Program-made: the position numbers and the translations under genes
The notes under the pieces: model-generated
Seen by the model: only the letters and a program-made list of their open reading frames with translations
The model's database searches: none
Told to the model about the DNA's origin: nothing
In this document: positions 48,418 through 57,088 of the stretch, in pieces
How the letters are laid out: each line of letters opens with the position of its first letter
Position numbering within the stretch: position 1 is the first letter of the stretch
Source: a virus
Taxonomy: Duplodnaviria > Caudoviricetes
Virus record (IMG/VR): IMGVR_UViG_3300010347_003561
Location: 1 to 64,000 of that record
Length of the DNA stretch: 64,000 nucleotides
Reading direction: 5' to 3' (one strand)

Positions 48418-49764
48418 ATGAGAACGAACAGAGTATCGGTTAATCCGAAAGATTTCGACACGGCACCGACCACTTACGAAGGCGGAAAGGCCGCCGTCGT
48501 CGGTGTTTACGAACAGCTCAGGAGAAGCGTGCTTGCCTGTCTCCTGTGGGAAAACACTTTCTACGAATCCGGTGTGGAGATAACCGAGAGGATAAAGAAC
48601 CTCGTCGGTTTGAACGACACCGAATCGGTTGCAGACCTCGCCGTCGAAGCGAGAAAAACGATGAACCTGCGCCATGTGCCGCTATGGCTCATCGTGTCGA
48701 TGCTGGCCGAAAAAAGGCACAGAGCCGCAGTCGGCAACCTGATTCCGCGCGTCATAAGCAGACCCGACGAGATGGGGGAGTTGCTCTCCCTCTACTGGAA
48801 GAACTCGGGCAAGGTACCGCTGGCCAACCAGTTGAAGAAGGGACTGTCGAAATGCTTCGACCTCTTCGGCGAATATTCTTTCGCCAAGAACGATTCGAAG
48901 AAAAGCGCCGTAAGACTTCGCGACGTGATGTTCCTAACACACCCGAAGCCGAAAACCAAGGAAAAGGAAGAACTTTTCAAAAGAATAGCCAACGACGAGA
49001 TGGAGACTCCCGATACATGGGAAGTCGCACTGTCATCGGGCGCCAGCAAGAGAGAAACTTTCGAGAGGCTCATGAAGGAGAAGAAACTCGGCGCGCTCGC
49101 CTTCCTCAGAAACTTGAGAAACATGAAGGAATCCGGAGTGAGCGAGGAACTCGTGAAAGAATATTTCTCGACGGTAGATTTCTCGAAGGTCTTCCCGTTC
49201 CGCTTCATCTCGGCGGCGAATGCTGTGCCGGAATGGAAGAAATTCATAGAACCGGCCATGCTCGAGAGGGCAAGAAAGATGGAGAAACTGTCCGGAAAAA
49301 CCATCGTCCTCCTCGACGTGTCGGGCTCGATGTTCAACAACGTGAGCGACAGGTCGGAACTGGACAGGATAGACATGGCCAACGGTCTCGCTATTATCCT
49401 TCGTGAGATATGCGAGGATATCGAGATCTATACCTTTTCGGATAGAATCGCATCGGTCAAGCCGAACCGCGGCTTTGAACTGGCCCATTCTATAAGAACA
49501 TCGCAGGAACACAGAAGCACGTACCTCGGCAAGGCGATAAGCTGGCTCAACATCAACTCGCGGGCGGACAGACTCGTCATCTTGACGGACGAACAGGCCG
49601 GCGACAACGTACCGGCACCGAAATTCGAAAAACCGTATATAATTGATGTCGCATCGTACAGGTACGGAGTTGATTACGATAACTACGTGCATATAAACGG
49701 TTTCTCGGAGGCCGTCGTGCTTTACCTGATCGAATACGAGAAATTTATGCGCAACGCGGGGTAG
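48418..49764 (+). CDS. rsr: Ro60/Rsr TROVE-domain RNA-binding protein with vWA domain
   Basis: TYEGG, FYESG, LRHVP, RPDE, PDTWE, LRNLRN, PFRF; vWA MIDAS DVSGSM and TDEQ. Confidence 0.9.
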   Translation: MRTNRVSVNPKDFDTAPTTYEGGKAAVVGVYEQLRRSVLACLLWENTFYESGVEITERIKNLVGLNDTESVADLAVEARKTMNLRHVPLWLIVSMLAEKRHRAAVGNLIPRVISRPDEMGELLSLYWKNSGKVPLANQLKKGLSKCFDLFGEYSFAKNDSKKSAVRLRDVMFLTHPKPKTKEKEELFKRIANDEMETPDTWEVALSSGASKRETFERLMKEKKLGALAFLRNLRNMKESGVSEELVKEYFSTVDFSKVFPFRFISAANAVPEWKKFIEPAMLERARKMEKLSGKTIVLLDVSGSMFNNVSDRSELDRIDMANGLAIILREICEDIEIYTFSDRIASVKPNRGFELAHSIRTSQEHRSTYLGKAISWLNINSRADRLVILTDEQAGDNVPAPKFEKPYIIDVASYRYGVDYDNYVHINGFSEAVVLYLIEYEKFMRNAG

Positions 49765-49776
49765 TAGAGTTGTTTC

Positions 49777-49845
49777 ATCAGGGTAGTGTAAGAAACGGTT
49801 ACTTCATTTGTGCAGGTCCCCGTTTCAGAAATCGTTCTCCCTGAT
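49777..49845 (+). ncRNA. Y-RNA-like unit 1 (minimal)
   Basis: ATCAGGG/CCCTGAT outer stem, TAGTGTA/GTTCT internal loop, GAAACGG/CCGTTTC stem, TTACTTC. Confidence 0.75.
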
Positions 49846-49855
49846 AGTTATAGAG

Positions 49856-49935
49856 AATCGGTGGTGTAGTCGCAGTTACTTCCTCCTGCGGTTGCTCGTT
49901 GGATAAAAAGATACTGTGGCGCTAGTTCCCCGATT
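49856..49935 (+). ncRNA. Y-RNA-like unit 2
   Basis: AATCGG/CCGATT, TGGTGTA/GTTCC, GTCGCAGT/ACTGTGGC, TACTTC. Confidence 0.75.
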
Positions 49936-49990
49936 GCTAGTATTCGAGATCTGGATTTACGCCAACCAGAAACAAGCAAGATATACGAGA

Positions 49991-50115
49991 GATGTGGTTG
50001 CGAAAGATACGGTTACTTCCTACTTCTTAGGAGAGACGCGGGTTCGAATCCCGTCGCATTGCGTAGTTTAGCGGCCTAAAACACTTCGTTTACTGTATCG
50101 AATGTTCACCATATC
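49991..50115 (+). ncRNA. YrlA-like Y RNA unit 3 with permuted tRNA module
   Basis: GATGTGG/CCATATC, TTGCGAA/GTTCA, GATACGGT/ACTGTATC; T-arm GCGGG-TTCGAAT-CCCGT precedes D-arm GTTT-AGCGGCCTA-AAAC. Confidence 0.85.
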
Positions 50116-50129
50116 GTCGATTGCTAAAA

Positions 50130-50256
50130 TACGGTAGCGTACGAAACGGTTCCATCGAATTGTAATCGAGAGGTTGCGGGTTCGAGTCCCGCCCGGCATA
50201 TTGCCGGTAGCTCAATCGGCAGAGCGCTAAAGCTCCGTTTCAAAATGTTCTCCGTA
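50130..50256 (+). ncRNA. YrlA-like Y RNA unit 4 with permuted tRNA-Thr(UGU)-like module
   Basis: TACGG/CCGTA, TAGCGTA/GTTCT, GAAACGG/CCGTTTC; TCGA-ATTGTAA-TCGA, T-arm GCGGG-TTCGAGT-CCCGC, CCGGCA-TAT-TGCCGG, D-arm GCTC-AATCGGCA-GAGC. Confidence 0.88.
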
Positions 50257-50273
50257 CCAGGCAATTCGAAGAA

Positions 50274-50308
50274 AAGATCCCGCGCGAAAGTGCGGGGTCT
50301 TTTTTTTA
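50274..50308 (+). terminator. Intrinsic terminator closing the Ro/Y RNA operon
   Basis: GATCCCGCGC-GAAA-GTGCGGGGTC plus T-tract. Confidence 0.85.
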
Positions 50309-50349
50309 TCACCGCTTCCACACGCCAGAATAGAAAAAAGGAGGCAGGC

Positions 50350-51222
50350 ATGAGAGCTTACAAACTGTTTTCAAAGCCAGAAAGCAAATCCCTTTACAGA
50401 AAAGGGCTCAACGAAATAGCGCCGAAAGCATCAAACGACGAAATACAATCCGGCTACTTCTGTTTCGCGCGCGAACACATCTTGAGGTTTCTCCCTTATG
50501 TGGGGCATAAACCTTACATATCCGAAGTGGAGATCCCTGCGAATGCAAACGTCATCGAGCAGCAGCACTACTTCAAAAGCGACAAAATAATCATCAAGGG
50601 AATCAAGCCCTTCGATTGGCTCACCCTCGAGGAGCTTATAAGAGAGGGGGCCGAGTGCAAAGGCAGCACTGGAAGAGAATTGCTGATGTGGATACTCAGC
50701 GCAGGAGACAAGAAGATGCTCGACGTCTTTGTCTCTTACTCGAACATACGTCTCTTCGAAGAGCCTTACGTGCTCTCTGCTCCTGCGAGAGTGGAGAACG
50801 CCGGCATTTTCAAATATCTCTTCGAAAAACCCATCAACTTCTCGCAGAGCTTCTTGATAGACTTCGTGAAAGAGATAATCGGGCGCAACCTAGTTCACCA
50901 GCACGAATGGCACGAAGTCTTCAAAACGATCTTTCCGAAAGTCCGTAAGCCGGACGAGATCATGAGACTGTTCGTCGAAGAGAACGAATACGACGCAATA
51001 CATTGCATACTCAACGATCACAACTACATTCCAAATCCTGAAACCCTGTTCTTTTCGTGGTTAAAAGCCTTTAAGTATCAAAATCCTGACTGGAAGGACT
51101 CCAGAAGAATATTCTACCTTTTCATCGTAAAAGTGAATGACTCTTTCTTCCCGGAAATGCTCAACTATTTTTCGGAAATAGCGCAACTGATCGAAGAAAC
51201 CAAACAAGAGGAGGTTATTTAG
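50350..51222 (+). CDS. Paralog family protein 1 (possible ART-like N-domain plus helical repeats)
   Basis: YK...YRKGLN...GYFCF...ISEVEIP.NA.V....KSDKIII...FD. Confidence 0.6.
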   Translation: MRAYKLFSKPESKSLYRKGLNEIAPKASNDEIQSGYFCFAREHILRFLPYVGHKPYISEVEIPANANVIEQQHYFKSDKIIIKGIKPFDWLTLEELIREGAECKGSTGRELLMWILSAGDKKMLDVFVSYSNIRLFEEPYVLSAPARVENAGIFKYLFEKPINFSQSFLIDFVKEIIGRNLVHQHEWHEVFKTIFPKVRKPDEIMRLFVEENEYDAIHCILNDHNYIPNPETLFFSWLKAFKYQNPDWKDSRRIFYLFIVKVNDSFFPEMLNYFSEIAQLIEETKQEEVI

Positions 51223-51223
51223 A

Positions 51224-52015
51224 ATGGGATATTCCCACTATATGTATTTCTGCCAGCCAACAAAAGAGCTTTCCGGAGAGGCCTTCTCCGTGATAAAGGA
51301 AATAATCGAAGACTACGAGAGTAGAGGAGTCGTCGAGGTTTATAACAACGTCTTCGGAGAGAGACTGTTGAATCCCAACATCATAAACTTCAACGGCGTT
51401 GGAAAAGATTCCTGCGAGAGCTTCTGCTACGTTGCCGGTTTGTGGAATCCTCAGTGCGGCAACGACCATAAATTACATTTCGAATACTCAAAAACCAACA
51501 GATACCCTTACGACGATTGCGTGATGGATGTCATGCTCGTTCTTTCGCACTTCGACAACACGATTTATCTTGCAAGCGACGGCATATACGAATGGAAGCC
51601 TGCGTTCGAGAGGATCGAGAAAAAGTACGGATTCGAGCTCTCCGATCAAAAGGACATGATATACGGCGTAGAAGACTTTGATTCGTGGGAAGAGGGCGAA
51701 GATCCCAACGAGAATAGAAAACTCAAATACTTCGATGGAAGAATTTCCACACTCCCTGCAATCGAATACGAAACTCCTCGATTCAAAGCGACTAAACATC
51801 TGCCGCTCGAAGAAAGGATGCGAATAATAAACGAGGAAACGAAAAAGATAGTCGGTCCAGACTACGAATGGGAATCGTGGATCGAAAACGGAAAAATCGA
51901 AATCAAGTTGACAAAAACACCGACAAACAACGAAGATCCAGCGAAAAAATATGAATTTGTCAGGGCTTTCGAAGCTGTGGCCTACGCGTACACGAACGTC
52001 TGGAATGGCTATTAA
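51224..52015 (+). CDS. Conserved hypothetical protein
   Basis: MGYSHY...FNG....ESF...KTNRYPYD...SDG..EW pattern. Confidence 0.6.
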   Translation: MGYSHYMYFCQPTKELSGEAFSVIKEIIEDYESRGVVEVYNNVFGERLLNPNIINFNGVGKDSCESFCYVAGLWNPQCGNDHKLHFEYSKTNRYPYDDCVMDVMLVLSHFDNTIYLASDGIYEWKPAFERIEKKYGFELSDQKDMIYGVEDFDSWEEGEDPNENRKLKYFDGRISTLPAIEYETPRFKATKHLPLEERMRIINEETKKIVGPDYEWESWIENGKIEIKLTKTPTNNEDPAKKYEFVRAFEAVAYAYTNVWNGY

Positions 52016-52030
52016 CTATAAGGAGGAGAC

Positions 52031-52402
52031 ATGGAGAAAATACTTTGGGTAATTATGTCAATCGAACAGTGCGAGGAATTGGAAGACTCCGTCGAAGCAA
52101 AAGCAAGCGATGTTATCAACGATGTGTTCATCGACCAGAACTTCGAAATCTTCGTCCCGTCGGAAGAATTCAGGGCGAAACTTCCAGGACTTTGCCTTGA
52201 AAAGCTCGGGTACGAACCGGTTACAGACTCCTGGAATAGCGACGATGAGAACATAAACCTTCTCGAATTGTACACGGACCAGTACGTAATCACGCTAGAC
52301 GACAGCGGCATGCCGATCGATATTGTAATAGTCGAACTCTTCGACAAAGGCGTGCCGGTAGCCGAAACCGTACCGACCGAACAGGAAGCACCGGCACAAT
52401 AA
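52031..52402 (+). CDS. Highly acidic hypothetical protein
   Basis: AGGAGG RBS; Asp/Glu-rich. Confidence 0.55.
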   Translation: MEKILWVIMSIEQCEELEDSVEAKASDVINDVFIDQNFEIFVPSEEFRAKLPGLCLEKLGYEPVTDSWNSDDENINLLELYTDQYVITLDDSGMPIDIVIVELFDKGVPVAETVPTEQEAPAQ

Positions 52403-52456
52403 GCATACGAAAGAGGCCGTCGAAAAGGGCGACCTCTTCCTTCTAAGGAGGAAAAA

Positions 52457-52906
52457 ATGTCGTATTTCAAACTGTCGATAGAACCGGTAAAAGACGAGGA
52501 AATACTGGTGGCGCTTGCGCAAGACTGCAAGCTCACCAAAGATCTCATCTTGGCCAACAACGCCATCTATTCCAACAGGAAAATGATTCTCAATGAACTC
52601 CTCGACAAACTCGTAGCTGAAGAAACGCTTACAGTACCGAAGGAAGGCACAATGCGCAAGCTCGACGAGTTCTTGGACCCGGCTTACTACGTCGGATTCG
52701 AGGATATCGAAGAGATACTGAAACACGTGCCGAAAGAAAAAATCGAGTCGTATTTCGGAAATCCAGAAAACGTCACAGGCTATGCGGTGAGAGAAAGAGA
52801 CGGCGACTACGAGGAGATATGGCTCACCACATCGTCTCGAGGCGTTTTTTATCTTCGATTCCATGCCGCATCATGTTCAAAGACAAACAAAGGAGGCAGA
52901 GCATGA
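52457..52906 (+). CDS. Hypothetical protein
   Basis: AGGAGG RBS. Confidence 0.55.
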   Translation: MSYFKLSIEPVKDEEILVALAQDCKLTKDLILANNAIYSNRKMILNELLDKLVAEETLTVPKEGTMRKLDEFLDPAYYVGFEDIEEILKHVPKEKIESYFGNPENVTGYAVRERDGDYEEIWLTTSSRGVFYLRFHAASCSKTNKGGRA

Positions 52907-53646
52907 AACTCTACAAGTTCTTCAACGAAAATATGAAACATTACGAGCTCCAATACAGAGAAGGGCTGAACACGCTACCACCCGGCGAAGAGTTCGATCC
53001 CGACACCGGTTGCACACCTGGCGGCATCTACTTCGCGAGTGAGGAGATATTCCAGTTCATCACTTATGGACCATGGATATCCGAGATTGAAATACCACCA
53101 AACGCAAAAGTCTCCTACGGCAATACGAAACACAAAGCCGACAAAGTGATCGTGAAGAAGTTCCGTAAATTCGACGAAGAAGTGATCGACGAACTCGTGG
53201 CACAGGGTGCAAATACGCATAACGCCGCCGGAGGCGAACTCATAAGATGGTTCATTCGCACGAAAGATGCGAATTTGAGCAACCGCTCGCTGATCACAGC
53301 CCTCTTCGAAGAATATCATTACGCGCTGTACACCGCCACGGTCAATTCGTCCTACAACATGCCAAAAGAAAGAGACCATTTAACTAACATTATCAACCAT
53401 CTGCTCAATCCGCCAAACTACAAAGTGATGACCTTCCTAAGCAGACTGATGTGCGAAGAGGCGCTTTGCAATTACAAGAACTTCACTAACATGTTCATGG
53501 CCTTCGTTCAACACCTTGACAAGCAGTCCATAAGGGAAATCTACGGACTCGCCGTCAAAAACCGCAAACACGCCTTCGTAAAAGCAATGTGGAATAAGTA
53601 CAAGCACGAATTCATGTCCGGCGATCGAGATGAAAAGAATGACTGA
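52903..53646 (+). CDS. Paralog family protein 2 (possible ART-like N-domain plus helical repeats)
   Basis: YKF...QYREGLN...CTPGGIYFA...YG.WISEIEIP.NAKV....KADKVIV...FD. Confidence 0.65.
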   Translation: MKLYKFFNENMKHYELQYREGLNTLPPGEEFDPDTGCTPGGIYFASEEIFQFITYGPWISEIEIPPNAKVSYGNTKHKADKVIVKKFRKFDEEVIDELVAQGANTHNAAGGELIRWFIRTKDANLSNRSLITALFEEYHYALYTATVNSSYNMPKERDHLTNIINHLLNPPNYKVMTFLSRLMCEEALCNYKNFTNMFMAFVQHLDKQSIREIYGLAVKNRKHAFVKAMWNKYKHEFMSGDRDEKND

Positions 53647-53815
53647 TTCGGAAAGGCAAAAATTGAGGTACTGGCGAAAGAAAAACGCCGGCGTATGCCC
53701 GAAATGCGGTAGTGGAATACCGGATAACAAATACACTTATTGCCAAGCGTGTCTGAGCGAACAAGCCCTTAGAAGGAAAAGCTGCAGGCACGAAAACTCG
53801 TCTCTGCGGCATTAA
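53630..53815 (+). CDS. Small zinc-finger protein
   Basis: CPKC...CQAC. Confidence 0.5.
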   Translation: MKRMTDSERQKLRYWRKKNAGVCPKCGSGIPDNKYTYCQACLSEQALRRKSCRHENSSLRH

Positions 53816-53828
53816 AAAGGAGGTTGTC

Positions 53829-54089
53829 ATGAGGGAAAGAGAACTGGAATTGCTTAAGAAACAGTTCAAAAGCATGCTACCGGATATAGAAGAAGACTTA
53901 GTGAAAAGGGCAAAAGAGCTTCTCATGACCGGCTGCATCTCGGAAAAGGAATACAAGGAGTACCTTGGCGACGGAGACAAGTTCGTGCTCGCCAAGGCGA
54001 TAATTTCCGCCTTTTTCGACGATAAACCGTATTATCCGCCGTCGAACCACAAGTCGTTGACCCTGTTCAAGCGACTCTCGAAGTTTTAA
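53829..54089 (+). CDS. Hypothetical protein
   Basis: AGGAGG RBS. Confidence 0.55.
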   Translation: MRERELELLKKQFKSMLPDIEEDLVKRAKELLMTGCISEKEYKEYLGDGDKFVLAKAIISAFFDDKPYYPPSNHKSLTLFKRLSKF

Positions 54090-54111
54090 TTCGGAAAGGA
54101 TTAGTTAAATT

Positions 54112-54879
54112 ATGAAGCTGACTAACTCGAGAGAAAGATTCTACAAGTTCTTCTACGGCAACAAAGATTATTCAGGCTTCTCGTTCAAGAAGGGGCTAAA
54201 CGTGTTCCAGGGAAAGTTCGACATATACGAGCACTCTATGACCAACGGCTTCCACTTTGTCGAATTAGAACACTTCACGGAGCATATTATCTACGGCTCC
54301 TCGATAGCCGAAATACTGATTCCAGAAGACGCGACAGTAACCAAATACGGCATCGTGTACAGCGCCGACAAGATCATCGTAACTGAATTCAGAAAATTCG
54401 ATTTCGACGTTTTCCATGAACTTATGCACTTCAAGCACCTACAGGAAATGAGCGAAATGCAGGATATCGAAAACGTCGTCAGATGGGCCGTCCTGAACGG
54501 CGATCATAAAATGCTCGAAGGCATCATGGAATACTATCCCATCTCCAAGATCATGAGAGCAGTAAAACCGTACCTGTACGAGTCGATAGTGAAATTCGAC
54601 CTTCCTTTAGCCTATATTCTCATTGCAGAGTCTATGTTCATAGGCACAGAATCGCTACAGCACTTCGTAGAAATGTCAAAATGCTCGATCACGATCGCAG
54701 CGAGAATATACGAAAGCACACCCGTCGCAACGAGAGGACTCATGATGCTGTATGCAGCGAATCTGGAAGACAAAGAACTCCTGAAAGAGATTTTGAAAGC
54801 CGAACAGAAATGCGACGAAAAAGCGGTTCCATATCTTTTGCAGTCGCAGATGTTAATAGAAAGCACGGCAAAGATATAA
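54112..54879 (+). CDS. Paralog family protein 3 (possible ART-like N-domain plus helical repeats)
   Basis: YKF...FKKGLN...NGFHF...YG..IAEILIP.DATV....ADKIIV...FD. Confidence 0.6.
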   Translation: MKLTNSRERFYKFFYGNKDYSGFSFKKGLNVFQGKFDIYEHSMTNGFHFVELEHFTEHIIYGSSIAEILIPEDATVTKYGIVYSADKIIVTEFRKFDFDVFHELMHFKHLQEMSEMQDIENVVRWAVLNGDHKMLEGIMEYYPISKIMRAVKPYLYESIVKFDLPLAYILIAESMFIGTESLQHFVEMSKCSITIAARIYESTPVATRGLMMLYAANLEDKELLKEILKAEQKCDEKAVPYLLQSQMLIESTAKI

Positions 54880-54940
54880 CGCCGGAATCCACGGGCTGCC
54901 ATTTCAGGCAGCCCTTTTTATTCTAAATCGCAAAAGGAGA

Positions 54941-55210
54941 GTGGCAAAGATGACGGTTGAAAAACTCCGAAAGGCAATCCGAAACGAAACCGGCGAAGGA
55001 ATTTCGCTAGACCAGTCAATTTTCTATGCGCTCGGAGACGGAAACGACGAAAAATGGCAGCAAGCGCAAAAACTGGTGCCGCAAAAATGGTTTTCAAAAC
55101 GCAAAAGAGAGATTGAAACTCTTGCCGAAGAGTACCGCTTCGACGTCCGAACCTTCTCGCTTATCATGTGGATATATGAGCGATTTGGCGAAGCGTACGC
55201 TGCGCTTTGA
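54941..55210 (+). CDS. Hypothetical protein
   Basis: AAGGAG RBS; follows the terminator at 54893-54919. Confidence 0.5.
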   Translation: MAKMTVEKLRKAIRNETGEGISLDQSIFYALGDGNDEKWQQAQKLVPQKWFSKRKREIETLAEEYRFDVRTFSLIMWIYERFGEAYAAL

Positions 55211-55224
55211 GAAGGAGGCAAAAA

Positions 55225-56103
55225 ATGAGAATAACCGCGAAATCGTACTTCTCTGGCGCCGGCGGAATGGACCTCGGGCTTTCCATGGCAGGAATAGACA
55301 TAATCCAGAGCCTCGAGATAGATCCGAAATGCGTGGCTACGATGAACATGAATTTTTCGCATGCGGTGATAAACCAGGATATATGCGATGTTCTGGTGAA
55401 ACCGCAGGCACACTCCGACGTGATGGTTTTCACTTTCCCATGCACGAAGTATTCTTCGGCGGCAGATATAAACGGCACGAGAACAGGCGACGACCTGTTT
55501 CTCCACGCCTTCAGGCACGCCGCTCTAGCGGCTCCTGAAATCTTCGTAGTGGAGAACGTTCCAGGCATGAAAAAGTTCCCCGTCGTGATGGAGGCTTTCC
55601 AAGAGTTGCCTGGCTACTACGTAACGGTTTTCTGCCCTGTAGATGCACTCGACTGTGGATTACCTCAGAGGAGAGAACGGCTAATAATGATAGGTTCCCG
55701 TCGGCCTTTTTCGCCCGAACCACCACGCTGTGCTTCCAAGATCAAACTCAAGGAAATACTCGAAAAGGATGTACAGGTCGAAGTGCCGGAATACGTAATC
55801 AAACGCCTCGAAGGGAATTACAGAGACAGGCCTATAATCTCCGATCCTGAAGATCCCGATTCGTATGCCCCTACGTGCGTAGCCCATTATTCGAAAGACA
55901 GAGGCACCCGAATGGTAAAAGATCCAAAAAGCCAATTAGGCTGCAGGCCTTACACGGTGCGGGAATACGCCAGACTACAGGGCTTCCCCGACAACTTCAT
56001 CTTCGTAGGTTCGGAATCCGACGCCTATCGAATGATAGGTAACGCCGTGGCAGTCCCTATGGCAGAATGGATAGGACGAGAAGTCGTCAAATACTTCAGT
56101 TGA
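55225..56103 (+). CDS. Orphan DNA (cytosine-5) methyltransferase
   Basis: FSGAGG, catalytic FPC, ENVPG, PQRRERL, REYARLQGFPD, IGNAV. Confidence 0.9.
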   Translation: MRITAKSYFSGAGGMDLGLSMAGIDIIQSLEIDPKCVATMNMNFSHAVINQDICDVLVKPQAHSDVMVFTFPCTKYSSAADINGTRTGDDLFLHAFRHAALAAPEIFVVENVPGMKKFPVVMEAFQELPGYYVTVFCPVDALDCGLPQRRERLIMIGSRRPFSPEPPRCASKIKLKEILEKDVQVEVPEYVIKRLEGNYRDRPIISDPEDPDSYAPTCVAHYSKDRGTRMVKDPKSQLGCRPYTVREYARLQGFPDNFIFVGSESDAYRMIGNAVAVPMAEWIGREVVKYFS

Positions 56104-56116
56104 AAGGAGAATCTTT

Positions 56117-56911
56117 ATGTACGAAGAAGAGATATTCTTCAGATTGCACTACGAATCGTACGACGTCGATATGATAGTCGCGTCGATTCCAGAGAACTGC
56201 AAACTGCCCGAGATAGTGGAAGCGCTGTCGAAACCGGCGATGTGTATTCCAGTGTCATATCCCGGCCTGCCGCGTATCATAAACAACTGGTTCAACTTCG
56301 ATACCGGAGAAATCGTCCCTCTTTCTAAATTCGTGCAGGACAAGATCGACAAAGCCATAGACAACCTGCCGGTCCAGGCGCAGCGGTCCTACTACGAAGA
56401 GATCTGCGAAAAGGCACTGTCGAAGAATTTCACCATCGCCGGTCTCTCGAAAGCGATGCTCGAAGACGAAGGATTGGCCGAAGATAGATTGAAAAACTAC
56501 GTCTTCTCTGTACTGGATATCGCGCTGGGCCACAAGAATCCGCCTAGAACCATAACGGAGAGAGAAGCGAAAGACGCGCTCGACGAAGGTCTCATATTGC
56601 CGGAAGATATTTTCGGCACAGTCTGCGTAATAGAAAGAGAGAACGCGCAAGCACTAACCTTGTGCTTCAGAGGAGGAAACAATCCATATTCGGTCATCTA
56701 CATTCCAGACACAACCGCTATGGATACCCGCAACGCGCAAGAAAGCCGCAACGCCTTTCAAGAACTATACGATAGAGCTTATTACTGCAAAGAAGACGAA
56801 TTACACGCCATTCTCGACAGGGAGAGAACATATTTCGACATCGACGACACTCTCTTCGACAAATTCAAGAAAGCAGTAGAGGATCATCTTACGCGAGAAG
56901 TCGAATTTTAA
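56117..56911 (+). CDS. Hypothetical protein
   Basis: AAGGAG RBS; 264 aa, acidic. Confidence 0.55.
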   Translation: MYEEEIFFRLHYESYDVDMIVASIPENCKLPEIVEALSKPAMCIPVSYPGLPRIINNWFNFDTGEIVPLSKFVQDKIDKAIDNLPVQAQRSYYEEICEKALSKNFTIAGLSKAMLEDEGLAEDRLKNYVFSVLDIALGHKNPPRTITEREAKDALDEGLILPEDIFGTVCVIERENAQALTLCFRGGNNPYSVIYIPDTTAMDTRNAQESRNAFQELYDRAYYCKEDELHAILDRERTYFDIDDTLFDKFKKAVEDHLTREVEF

Positions 56912-57015
56912 GCGCCACGCATAGCAGGATAATCGTCTCGTACCAGAGAATTATCAGTCGGTAAGTCCCTGAAAGGTAACTCCTTACGGGTCCCCGGCAC
57001 CGCCGCTTGGGCGAA

Positions 57016-57062
57016 CGCTCCGCAGCCTGGCTGTGTAGCGGGTTGAAATCCCGCCGGAGCGG
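57016..57062 (+). ncRNA. tRNA-like minihelix (acceptor stem plus T arm, no D or anticodon arm)
   Basis: CGCTCCG/CGGAGCG 7-bp stem, GCGGG-TTGAAAT-CCCGC T arm, small CAGC-CTG-GCTG hairpin. Confidence 0.55.
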
Positions 57063-57088
57063 TTAGATTCTCGAATCGAGGAGTCGCT

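Noticed and set aside
49777-50256. CRISPR array or ordinary tRNA genes
   Set aside because: Units share structure, not identical repeats; no cas genes; the T arm precedes the D arm and the acceptor is loop-closed, so these are not canonical tRNAs.
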